Positions 46,507-57,415 of a DNA stretch of 64,000 bases are shown one piece after another; position 1 is the first letter of the stretch, and each line of letters starts with the position of its first letter. Origin of the DNA: Kiritimatiellia bacterium (lineage in GTDB: Bacteria; Verrucomicrobiota; Kiritimatiellia; CAIVKH01); the NCBI GenBank assembly GCA_035327665.1, contig DAOLCW010000002.1, forward strand, positions 3,237-67,236, written 5' to 3'. The notes beneath the pieces were generated by a model that searched no databases, was not told where the DNA came from, and was given only the letters and a program-made list of their open reading frames with translations. A program made the position numbers and the translations under genes.

Positions 46507-47313
46507 CTACGTCTCCTTTACTGCCCGAACCAGGCCGCCCACCCAGGCTGCAGCCTGCTGGCGCCCCTTCGCCGTCTTTGGTTCTTGATGAAACCGACTT
46601 ACAATCGCGCTACCCACCACCACCGCGTCCGATGGCTTGGCCGCCGCCCGCGCATGATCGGGAGTCGAGATTCCGAATCCCAGAGCAAGCGGAAGCTTCG
46701 TATGCTTGCGGGTCCGCTTCACCAAATCCAGGGCGCCCTTGCCCAGCTTCTCCTGAACCCCCGTCACCCCTTCCCGCGAGACACAATAAATAAAGCCTGA
46801 CGCCGTCGCCGCGATCTTCTTGATCCGTTCTTCCGGTGTGGTGGGCGTGACCAGACAGATAAAATTCAAACCGTGCCCGGCAAGAATCCCCGGTTCATTA
46901 GTCGCCTCCTCCACCGGCAGGTCGAGCAGTAGCAATCCATCCAGTCCCGCCTCCGCCGCCCGCTTTGCGAACCGCTCAAATCCCAGGGCGACCAGTGGGT
47001 TCATATACGTGTAGCACATCAGCGGAATCTGCGACCGCTTCCGGATCTTCGCCACACAGTCCAACACTCCAAAAGGCGTCGTACCCGCTTCGAGAGCCCG
47101 CGCCGCCGACTCCTGGTTGACCTTCCCGTCGGCCAGCGGATCCGAAAACGGAAGTCCAAGCTCGATGACATCCACCCCCTCCTGTTCCAGACGGAGCACG
47201 ATGTCTACCGTCGCATCCAGGTTCGGATCCCCAGCCGTGATGTAGGCGATAAACCCCTTCTGCTTCGCCTTGCGAAGTCCGGCAAACGCATGATCAATTC
47301 TCGTCATAGTCAT
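46507..47313 (-). CDS. trpA: tryptophan synthase alpha subunit
   Basis: IELGLPFSDPLADG, GFGIS motifs; 268 aa. Confidence 0.9.
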   Translation of the reverse strand: MTMTRIDHAFAGLRKAKQKGFIAYITAGDPNLDATVDIVLRLEQEGVDVIELGLPFSDPLADGKVNQESAARALEAGTTPFGVLDCVAKIRKRSQIPLMCYTYMNPLVALGFERFAKRAAEAGLDGLLLLDLPVEEATNEPGILAGHGLNFICLVTPTTPEERIKKIAATASGFIYCVSREGVTGVQEKLGKGALDLVKRTRKHTKLPLALGFGISTPDHARAAAKPSDAVVVGSAIVSRFHQEPKTAKGRQQAAAWVGGLVRAVKET

Positions 47314-47550
47314 AGGCTGATGCTCACGGTCAAAAAGGTCATGGAATCAAAAAACACCCGTACAAAATGACGTTCCCCGCCTCGAAAGTCCAGTGCGCAG
47401 TCGGACTTGCGATCTCAATGGGTCATCTTCAGCTTTGTGTAATCAGGCAGTCGCAACACCCGCAGTGCAGATCATTCCGCTTTTGGGAGGGCGGAGCTAC
47501 GCGACGCCGCATTCGGGACAAGATGCATAAATTCGGCGATGCGCCCGACC

Positions 47551-48313
47551 TCAACCCTGATTCAACCCGTAAATACACGCCAGCCCGAACAACGTGATGT
47601 CCGCATCCACGGTCATCGCCGGCCGCAACCCCTCCACAATCCGCCCCGCGAAGCCGCCCGTCGCCACCAGCTTCGCCCGCTTCAGATCAGGCCGTCGCCG
47701 CAACTCATGGAGAATTTCCCGTACCATCCCCCGATACCCCCACTGGGCTCCAAGTTGCATCGCCTGCCGCGTACTCTTGCCCACCGTGGCCCGGGTCGCC
47801 TCGATTTTCAGGTGCGGAAGTTTCGCCGTCTTCTCCGCGAGGTAGTCGAACATCAACGGCAAGCCGGGGGCAATAATCCCTCCGCAATACCCTTCCTCCC
47901 GGGTGATCACATCAAACGTCACCGCCGTGCCAAAGTCCGCGATAATCAACGGCCGACCATACCGGAACGCTCCCCCGCACGCATTCGCCAACCGGTCAGC
48001 CCCGATGCTTGCCGGCTTCGGATAGGTCACTGGAACTCCCAGCCGCAACCGATGCGTCACCTCCAGCGGTGACCCCCCGCAAGTTGCCGCCATCGCTTCG
48101 CTCCACATCCGGGTCGATCCCGGGACCACCGAAGCCAGCGCTGAACCCGACACCTTGCTCGCGCCCGCGACCTTCCGCAGAACCTTCGCGATCGTCTCCG
48201 GCCGCTGATCCTTGCCCTCAAGCCGGGCCAACCGGGTGACCCGGTAATTCCTCACCAGGCCCAGCGTCGCGCTCGTATTGCCGAGATCGACCACCACCAA
48301 CGGTCCCGGAAGT

Positions 48314-48337
<24 letters not shown>
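47551..48337 (-). CDS. coaX: type III pantothenate kinase (start at [11 protein letters not shown])
   Basis: [30 protein letters not shown] motifs. Confidence 0.85.
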
Positions 48338-50383
<2,046 letters not shown>

Positions 50384-50444
50384 CCCCGTACCCTACTTCA
50401 CCCCCCCATCCCCGACAATGCCCAACTCAGCTTTTGCCACCAAA

Positions 50445-51329
50445 TCAGATCTTCTTCCTCAACACCAAAAGGATATCCGCATACTCGTCGTCAAACCTGC
50501 GGGGGGCGGCGAGGTCATACCGGAAGTCATAACAAGCCGCCACCTCCAAACCGGGCGCCCCCTCCCGAACCGTCCGCTTCAGTTGAGCCGCGTTATACGT
50601 CCGGAACGTCCACGACGTTTCATAATGTTGCGGGGGGTGCCCCCCCTTGATCACCTTCAACCGCGACCGCACCTCCTCCGTGCGCTGCTTCCGGTCCGGT
50701 GGCCATCCCCGAATGTTGCACACCACATCCACCCCGTCCCGCGAGGCCGTCCATCGCTCATGTTCGTAGACCGTCCTCGAATAGTCGGTCAAATGCACCC
50801 CCAGCAAATAGAGCCCGCCCGGCAGCAAGGCCTCTGCGACAAGATGGAGATGGGCTTGCGCCTCCTCCTCGGTAAGCAGATACTTAAACGTGCTCACTAA
50901 GCAATGGGCCAGCGCATACCTCTGACCGTTCGGAGGCGTGAACGCCTCCATCCGGTCCGGCCAGACCCGAACCGATCCACATCCCTCGACGGCAAGACGG
51001 CGTTCCGCGTAATCGATCATTCCCGGATGGGCATCAAAACCATGAGCGATCCATCCCTGACGATGAAATTGCCCCATCAGCCGCCCGCTTCCACATGCCG
51101 GTTCCAGGACATAGAGGGGGTCCGGCACCCGGGCAAGCCGGTGATGCCGCTGCCACGCCCCCACTAAAAACGCAGTTTCCCGCTCCGACCCGACATCAAA
51201 GATCATGTCGTAATAAACCGGCGTTTCGTACCAATCAAACGGTGTCAATTTTGCCATCCACACGTTCTTAAGCTGAATGCAGGCAATTGGCAAGGACTGC
51301 AAACTGAAATCCCTTCCCAACGACCGCAA
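50445..51329 (-). CDS. class I SAM-dependent methyltransferase (start possibly 51257)
   Basis: VLEPACGSGRL SAM motif I. Confidence 0.55.
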   Translation of the reverse strand: MRSLGRDFSLQSLPIACIQLKNVWMAKLTPFDWYETPVYYDMIFDVGSERETAFLVGAWQRHHRLARVPDPLYVLEPACGSGRLMGQFHRQGWIAHGFDAHPGMIDYAERRLAVEGCGSVRVWPDRMEAFTPPNGQRYALAHCLVSTFKYLLTEEEAQAHLHLVAEALLPGGLYLLGVHLTDYSRTVYEHERWTASRDGVDVVCNIRGWPPDRKQRTEEVRSRLKVIKGGHPPQHYETSWTFRTYNAAQLKRTVREGAPGLEVAACYDFRYDLAAPRRFDDEYADILLVLRKKI

Positions 51330-51364
51330 TCTACCGTTATGTTCTCCGCTATCACTCCTTTAAC

Positions 51365-51450
51365 GCCCGGGTGGTGAAATGGCAGACACAAGGGACTTAA
51401 AATCCCTTGACCGCAAGGTCGTGCGGGTTCGAGTCCCGCCCCGGGCACCA
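51365..51450 (+). tRNA. tRNA-Leu (anticodon UAA)
   Basis: 7-bp acceptor GCCCGGG/CCCGGGC, D-arm GTG-AAATGGCAGA-CAC, anticodon arm AGGGA-CTTAAAA-TCCCT, 15-nt variable arm, T-arm GCGGG-TTCGAGT-CCCGC, ACCA 3' end. Confidence 0.85.
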
Positions 51451-51558
51451 CATCATGCAACAAGGGGTCATACCATATCCTAGTCCCGTCTCAGAGATTT
51501 TCTGATTCGGATTGATTTCAGGTTTCGTTTCCCATATGTATGAATTGTTTGCATTGAA

Positions 51559-53010
51559 GTGGTTTTTATGTCCTCGTTACGTGGTTGCAGTGTAGTGCTG
51601 ATCCAGCCGCCGGACCCGGTTCCTGCGGCCACAGCGGTTGATTCCGGTGGAGGCGTATCCCTGCGCTTTTCTCCACCGTGGGATTTGCTCTGCCTTCGCG
51701 CCTTTCTTCTTAACCGGACCAGCCACCCCTGCCGGATTGTCGATACCCGCCTATTCGACCAATTCGAAACCAAGCTGAAGGATGCGTTGCGGGATATTGC
51801 TAAACCCGCTGTGGCGGTCATTCCCGTGCAGACCACCGGTCTGGGCGAGGCCAGCGCGGTGATTGATGTACTTCATCGCAACTATCCGGACATGCTGATC
51901 GTGACCTGCGGGCAGCACCCCTCAGACTTTCCCGAACTTGCCTTGAGTCTGCCCCATGTGCGCTATGCGCTCTGCGGCGATCCCGAGCCAATCCTCCGCA
52001 ACCTGCTTGATTACCACGATATCGAACGGCGCCTCCATCTGACGCCCGGATTGGCCTCTGCGGGAAATCCGGTACCTCAACCCTATTGGTTGCCCGACCT
52101 TCGCAGCCTTAACGTGGCAGACTGGACTCACCTCGACTGGGCGGGCTATGCCTCGGCCAGTCCGGCTGGCCTCCGGGCCGACATCCGGCTTTCCCGCGGC
52201 CACCCCCGATCTCCCGCCGATGTTGCCTCTGGCCAATCCGCTCAGCCCCTCCGCGAGTGGCCCCTCGATCGGGCGGCTGCGATGATCCAGCGATGCGCCC
52301 ATCATGGAATTGTGGAAGTGTTTCTCGGCGATTCCCCCGGTTATTGGACCGAGCAGCGACTCATCGCGTGGTCAAAGCAACTGATCACCCTCCGCTCCAC
52401 CCAAGCGTGGTCCGCTCAAATCCTGCCCCGGATGCTTAGTGAAAACGCCTTGAATTTCCTCTTCGACAGTCGCTGCCGGCGCATGGAAATCCTCTTCCCT
52501 TCCTGCGATCCGGAACGCCTGAAAACGGCCGGTGCCCTCCATGAACCAGCCAAAATCGCCGCCGCCATCGCCACGATTCGCAAGGCCAACATCGATGTGA
52601 ACCTGCGCTTCTGGGTCGGCGGCCCCCACGAGCGCCCCCGGGAGCGGGATCGAATTCTCGCCATGATCCGTCTGCTCGACGACTGCCCCTACTTTCTCTA
52701 TCCCTACCCTTACGAACCGACCGCTCCGGTTTTCCAAACCGAAGATTCGCCGGTTCTCGCCTCGGCAGGAATTCAACAATGGTTGAGCTGGGCCAAGGAA
52801 CCATGGCTTGCCGAGCGTCCGACGGCATTCTGGTCCGGCAAAGAAGGCGCAGATGCCTGCCAGCAGGTCATTCTTGATGTTCAACGCAAAGTCCACTTGA
52901 ACCCCGGCCGGCGCTTGCGCAAGACCCTTCGCCACCTCCGTTCGATCGATTGGATCGTGGCGTGGGAGCGAAGGGCCCTCGCCTTGTTCGCCAAACGCTT
53001 GGAAAGCTAG
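51559..53010 (+). CDS. B12-binding-domain / radical-SAM-like protein apparently lacking the CxxxCxxC cluster motif (hypothetical)
   Basis: N-terminus VVLIQPP...PPWDLLCLRAFLL...RIVDTR resembles B12-binding domain of class B rSAMs; position of Cys motif reads LSRGHPRSPAD. Confidence 0.4.
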   Translation: MVFMSSLRGCSVVLIQPPDPVPAATAVDSGGGVSLRFSPPWDLLCLRAFLLNRTSHPCRIVDTRLFDQFETKLKDALRDIAKPAVAVIPVQTTGLGEASAVIDVLHRNYPDMLIVTCGQHPSDFPELALSLPHVRYALCGDPEPILRNLLDYHDIERRLHLTPGLASAGNPVPQPYWLPDLRSLNVADWTHLDWAGYASASPAGLRADIRLSRGHPRSPADVASGQSAQPLREWPLDRAAAMIQRCAHHGIVEVFLGDSPGYWTEQRLIAWSKQLITLRSTQAWSAQILPRMLSENALNFLFDSRCRRMEILFPSCDPERLKTAGALHEPAKIAAAIATIRKANIDVNLRFWVGGPHERPRERDRILAMIRLLDDCPYFLYPYPYEPTAPVFQTEDSPVLASAGIQQWLSWAKEPWLAERPTAFWSGKEGADACQQVILDVQRKVHLNPGRRLRKTLRHLRSIDWIVAWERRALALFAKRLES

Positions 53011-53055
53011 CTCGCTGAACACTCGCCGCGTTCGCAGGAACGCGGAGGATCAAGC

Positions 53056-54972
53056 TTATTTCTCGAAGTAGGTATATCCGCTCAATCCCGTCTCATAGGC
53101 GGCCATGATCTGACGGCGCTCTTGAGGCGTGATGCGGCCTTCACGCACCGCCCGTTCTGCCGTGCGGCGCATTTGGTCGACCATGTCCTTCGGATCGTAC
53201 TCAACGTACGAGAGCACATCCGCCACGGTATCGCCGGAGATCTCCCGGACATATTCGGGATGACCGTTCTCGCCCAATCGAACACTCACCACATTGGTGT
53301 CACCCAGCAGATTGTGCAGGTCGCCCAACGTTTCTTGATAGGCACCGACCAGAAAGACACCGAGAAAATAGTCGCCACCCGCACTGATATCGTGAAGCGG
53401 CAGCGTCTTTTTCACATCGTGCAAGTCGATGAACCGGTCGATTTTCCCATCGCAATCACAGGTGATGTCGGCCAACACCGCCTTGCGGGTCGGTGTCTCG
53501 TTCAGCCGGTGAATCGGAACAATCGGGAAAAGCTGCTCGATCGCCCACGAGTCAGGTAGCGACTGAAACACACTGAAGTTCCCAAAATATACGTCGGCAA
53601 TCGCCGTCTCCAGATCTTCCAATTCGTCGGGAATGTATTTTCGCTCCCGGATTTCCTCGGCAATCCGGTGAATGATCTTCCAAAAGATCTTCTCGGCGAG
53701 CGCCCGCTCCCGCAGGGAAACTGAACCCTGGTTGAACAGGGACCGGACCTCGTCCCGGTAGAACACCGCATCGTGATAGCATTCCTGAACGTTTTTAGGA
53801 GTGAGGGTATTGTTAACCTCCTGGAGGTTCTTGAGCATATCGTGGGATTCCGCCGGCAACTCCAGTTCACTGGGAGCCACGTTCATCCGGCTCACATCAA
53901 AGATGTCGAACAATAGCACCGAATGATGGGCCACCGTGGCCCGGCCCGACTCGCTGACAATCGTCGGGTGGGGAACTCCCGCAGCATCCGCCGTCTTTTG
54001 GATTTCCTCGATAATGTCGGCCGCATATTCGTCGATGTTGTAATTGGCCGAGCTGGCAAAGTTCGAGTGGGATCCATCGTAGTCTACGGCTAGCCCCCCC
54101 CCCACATTGAGCATGCCCATCCTCGCCCCCTCCTTGACCAGATCGACATACATCCGGCTGGCCTCCACGATCCCTGAACGAATGTTACGAATGTTGGGAA
54201 TCTGGGACCCCAGATGGTAATGTAGCATTTCCAGGCATTCCAGTTTGCCGCGGGACCGGAGATTGTCCACAAGGTCAATGATTTGCGCGGCATTCAGCCC
54301 GAACTGGCTGCGGTCGCCTCCTGACTCGTTCCAATGGCCCCCGCCCTTGGCGGCCAGCTTGGCCCGCACCCCGATGCGCGGCGTAACCCCCATCCGCTCG
54401 GCCCGGCTCAGGATCATCTCCAACTCGCTCGGCATTTCGATTACCATCACCGCCTGCAAGCCCATCTTCAAGGCATACAAGGCAAGATCGATGAACTCCT
54501 CATCCTTGTACCCGTTACAAACGATCAACGCCTCAGGATTGTTGCAGTAGGCCAGAGCGGTGATCAATTCGGCCTTGCTGCCCGCTTCCAACCCGTAATG
54601 AAACGGCTGGCCATACGCCACGATGTCCTCGATTACCTGCTGCTGCTGATTGACCTTGATTGGATAAACCCCCCGGAACTTGCCCTGATAGCCGCTCTCT
54701 TTCATCACCCGGGCAAAACACTGGTTGATCCGGGCGATACGCGAGGCAAGAATGTCCCCGAAACGCAACAGCACCGGCATGCCGATGCCCCGCGCCCGCA
54801 ATCCGTCCACCAACTCCATCATCGAAACCGCCGGTGAGTTCTTCTCCCCCTTCGGTCGAATCAGGATCTCCCCTTGTTCGGAAATGTCAAAATACCCTCC
54901 GCCCCAATTGCGGATCCCGTAAAGTTCCGCCGAAGCTTCGGCTGTCCAGCGAGAAAGTGTCTCCGTTTTCAT
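53056..54972 (-). CDS. speA: biosynthetic arginine decarboxylase
   Basis: 638 aa; PLP-fold motifs (YPIKVN, LECLEMLHYHLGSQ, GGGLAVDYDG) typical of SpeA. Confidence 0.9.
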   Translation of the reverse strand: MKTETLSRWTAEASAELYGIRNWGGGYFDISEQGEILIRPKGEKNSPAVSMMELVDGLRARGIGMPVLLRFGDILASRIARINQCFARVMKESGYQGKFRGVYPIKVNQQQQVIEDIVAYGQPFHYGLEAGSKAELITALAYCNNPEALIVCNGYKDEEFIDLALYALKMGLQAVMVIEMPSELEMILSRAERMGVTPRIGVRAKLAAKGGGHWNESGGDRSQFGLNAAQIIDLVDNLRSRGKLECLEMLHYHLGSQIPNIRNIRSGIVEASRMYVDLVKEGARMGMLNVGGGLAVDYDGSHSNFASSANYNIDEYAADIIEEIQKTADAAGVPHPTIVSESGRATVAHHSVLLFDIFDVSRMNVAPSELELPAESHDMLKNLQEVNNTLTPKNVQECYHDAVFYRDEVRSLFNQGSVSLRERALAEKIFWKIIHRIAEEIRERKYIPDELEDLETAIADVYFGNFSVFQSLPDSWAIEQLFPIVPIHRLNETPTRKAVLADITCDCDGKIDRFIDLHDVKKTLPLHDISAGGDYFLGVFLVGAYQETLGDLHNLLGDTNVVSVRLGENGHPEYVREISGDTVADVLSYVEYDPKDMVDQMRRTAERAVREGRITPQERRQIMAAYETGLSGYTYFEK

Positions 54973-55183
54973 ATCCGTATCATCCCCTAGCGGTGGTCAT
55001 CTGGTCGTGGTTCTCCTTGGATCAAGGAATCGCAAAAAGATAACGGCCTTTGCCCCCGTCACAACCTAAAAGATGCCCCTGACCAAAACTTTTTTGACCC
55101 CTGCAACCGGGCATTGCCAGAACCCACCCTCTTTGCATACACTCCCGCATCTCAACCAAGGACCGATTCAAGGAAGGACAATC

Positions 55184-55987
55184 ATGATTGAAAAAGGCGC
55201 AACGTATGTGGTGATGGGCTTGCTGGATCCAGACTCCATCGCGTATTCCGTCGGACGGGACATCCAGAAGTATGGCGGCAAGGTCATCTACACCGCCCAG
55301 AACGAAAGGCTCAAATCCATCTTCTTCGACCGCAGCAAAAAACTCACCGAGGGAGAAAAAGAAAACATCATCATCGAGTATTGCGATGTGACCAAAGAAG
55401 AGGAAGTCGCCGCCCTCTTCGCAAAAATCGGACCTGTGGCCGGGGTCGTCCATTCCATCGGCTACGGCAATCCCAAAACGTGCCTCGGACAGGAGTTCCA
55501 TACCGATGCCGTGGAAGACTTGAAATTATCCTACCATATCAGTTGTGTCTCCTTCGCTACCGTGGCCCGCCATGCCGCCCCCTACATGAAGCACGGCGGA
55601 TCGCTTGTGACCCTGACCTTCGAATCGGCAAAGGCCTTCGCCTACTACAACTGGATGGGTGTGAACAAGGCCGCCCTCGAAGCCCTTACCCGCGGCATGG
55701 CCCGCCGCCACGGCAAGGATCTCATCCGGGTCAATGCCGTTTCTGCCGGCCCCTTGACCACCAAAGCCGCCAGCTCCATCCCCGGGTTCAGCGAACTCGC
55801 CCACACCTGGAACAAACAAAGCGCCCTCCCCTGGGACATCATCAACGACAAGGACGAAGTCGCCCATGCCGTACTTTTCCTTCTCGGACCCTACTCGAAG
55901 AAAATCACCGGCCAAACCATCTATGTCGACGGTGGCGCGTCCGTCATCGGTGGCGAACTGCTCCCTTTTGAGCGTGCGGGCGGCTGA
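55184..55987 (+). CDS. fabI: enoyl-[acyl-carrier-protein] reductase FabI-like (ORF track start 55073 trimmed to ATG 55184 with AGGAAGGA RBS)
   Basis: YVVMGLLDPDSIAYSVG (cf. LIMGVANxRSIAWGI), Y-x6-K (YNWMGVNK), 267 aa. Confidence 0.75.
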   Translation: MIEKGATYVVMGLLDPDSIAYSVGRDIQKYGGKVIYTAQNERLKSIFFDRSKKLTEGEKENIIIEYCDVTKEEEVAALFAKIGPVAGVVHSIGYGNPKTCLGQEFHTDAVEDLKLSYHISCVSFATVARHAAPYMKHGGSLVTLTFESAKAFAYYNWMGVNKAALEALTRGMARRHGKDLIRVNAVSAGPLTTKAASSIPGFSELAHTWNKQSALPWDIINDKDEVAHAVLFLLGPYSKKITGQTIYVDGGASVIGGELLPFERAGG

Positions 55988-56010
55988 TTCGATCCGCTCG
56001 TTCCCGGGAA

Positions 56011-56050
56011 CCGTCCGGCATGAGGCCGGACGGTTAGAATCGCTTTATTC
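56011..56050 (+). terminator. rho-independent terminator after fabI
   Basis: CCGTCCGGC-ATGAG-GCCGGACGG perfect 9-bp stem followed by TTAGAATCGCTTTATTC. Confidence 0.55.
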
Positions 56051-56077
56051 GACAACCTGTGGCCCCCACCGGAACCT

Positions 56078-56968
56078 TTGGCCATGATCGATTGGATCTG
56101 GCGGCAGATCGGCGTGTCCCTCCCTCCCGACTGGGAAATGCTACAATTCTCCCGCGAATCGAAGCGCGGCCGATGCGCCTTCGCTGACCGACGCCGCTTT
56201 CGCTTCGAGCTCAACTGGCATGCTTTTGCGGCGGAACCCGACTTCGACCGGATGATGACGGACTACGCATCCACCCTCGATGCGAATTGGCACGACATCC
56301 AATCCCTCCGGTGTGCCGGATGGCCCGGACTCACCGGTCGAAGAGAACATGAAATCGTCTCCCGTTTCGGACGTTATTTCCCCCTGATTGGCGTTCTCGT
56401 GGAAGCTGTGGTCATCCATCCCGAGACCCGCGATTCCGAACTCGAATCCCGGATTTTGGGTTCCATACGTCCCGTACCGGTTGATCCTGAAGGATATCAA
56501 CGCTGGCGAACCTTCGGCATGGACCTCAAGGTCCCCGCATCTTTTTCCTTCGCCGAGTCACAAGTCCAACCCGCCCGGTGCGGTTTGCTCTTTCAGTCCG
56601 ACAAAGGACCCGACCGATGGATCTTTCGCCGATATGGCATGCTTAAATCCTGGTTGAAAACACCCCTGCGCGAATGGCTGGAATCCCAAACCGACCCCGC
56701 CGTTCGCTACCGTAGGCTTGAAAGTGGCCTCATCCACACAATCCCCGTTGAGCGCGTTCATGGTGAATGGCGACCTCGTGGCCTACTCTTGAAAAAGGGA
56801 CTGTATGCCGCCTCGGCATGGATCGACCCACGCGATCAGCGCCTCTATCATGTGCAATGCATCACCTCAAAATCCAACCACGCCTTTCACCCTCGCGAAC
56901 GTGCGGAGAAGATCATGGCATCCTGCCCGGAGTTCTTCTCCCTTCCCAAACCCTCGATCGGCAAATGA
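56078..56968 (+). CDS. hypothetical protein, first gene of 6-gene operon (TTG 56078 or ATG 56084)
   Basis: 296-aa ORF, C-ending codon usage, no recognisable motif; stop overlaps next gene start (ATGA). Confidence 0.45.
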   Translation: MAMIDWIWRQIGVSLPPDWEMLQFSRESKRGRCAFADRRRFRFELNWHAFAAEPDFDRMMTDYASTLDANWHDIQSLRCAGWPGLTGRREHEIVSRFGRYFPLIGVLVEAVVIHPETRDSELESRILGSIRPVPVDPEGYQRWRTFGMDLKVPASFSFAESQVQPARCGLLFQSDKGPDRWIFRRYGMLKSWLKTPLREWLESQTDPAVRYRRLESGLIHTIPVERVHGEWRPRGLLLKKGLYAASAWIDPRDQRLYHVQCITSKSNHAFHPRERAEKIMASCPEFFSLPKPSIGK

Positions 56969-57360
56969 AATCCGAACGCACCACCACGTCTGAATTGCCC
57001 GCCTTATGGCAAGATCTGCTTTCCGCCGTTCTCCTTCGCAATCAAGCCGCTGAAGTCCTCGACGAAGCCCCCGACGGCTCGGTCATGCTCGCCGTCCCGA
57101 CCCGCAAGCCCGGCTTCCTGATCCCCCCCTTTTCATGGATCATCCGCCCGCCTCGGGAGCGCCTTACCCACCTCGACCCTATCGGGGCATCCCTGTGGCG
57201 AGCCTGCGATGGACGGGCCACTGTGGAGTCCCTTGTGGAAAAGTTTGCCATTCAGCACAGTTTAACTTTTCATGAGAGCCGTGTTTCTGTTACCTCCTAT
57301 GTCACGTCCTTGCTCCGCCGCGGTGTTCTTGCTGTGGCGGTAGGCACAGGTCAACCTTGA
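56965..57360 (+). CDS. PqqD-family / RiPP-recognition-element (RRE)-like protein
   Basis: ORF track start 56767 trimmed to ATG 56965; ...LDPIGASLWRACDGRATVESLVEKFAIQHSLTFHESRVSVTSYVTSLLRRGVL matches PqqD pattern (LN.tga.iW.lcDG.rtv.eI...l...y.......a..Dv..fl..L...gL). Confidence 0.6.
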   Translation: MKSERTTTSELPALWQDLLSAVLLRNQAAEVLDEAPDGSVMLAVPTRKPGFLIPPFSWIIRPPRERLTHLDPIGASLWRACDGRATVESLVEKFAIQHSLTFHESRVSVTSYVTSLLRRGVLAVAVGTGQP

Positions 57361-57415
57361 AAACCAAGCCTCGGAAAAAGCCCATCCGAATGAATACCAT
57401 CACGAGAATCAAGAT

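Noticed and set aside
47314-47550. Possible trp attenuator or leader peptide upstream of trpA
   Set aside because: There is only a 10-codon uORF without Trp codons and no clean terminator/antiterminator pair; the evidence is insufficient.
51245-51463. 72-aa minus ORF overlapping tRNA-Leu
   Set aside because: It overlaps a canonical tRNA (cloverleaf, anticodon UAA, CCA end); it is a spurious ORF.
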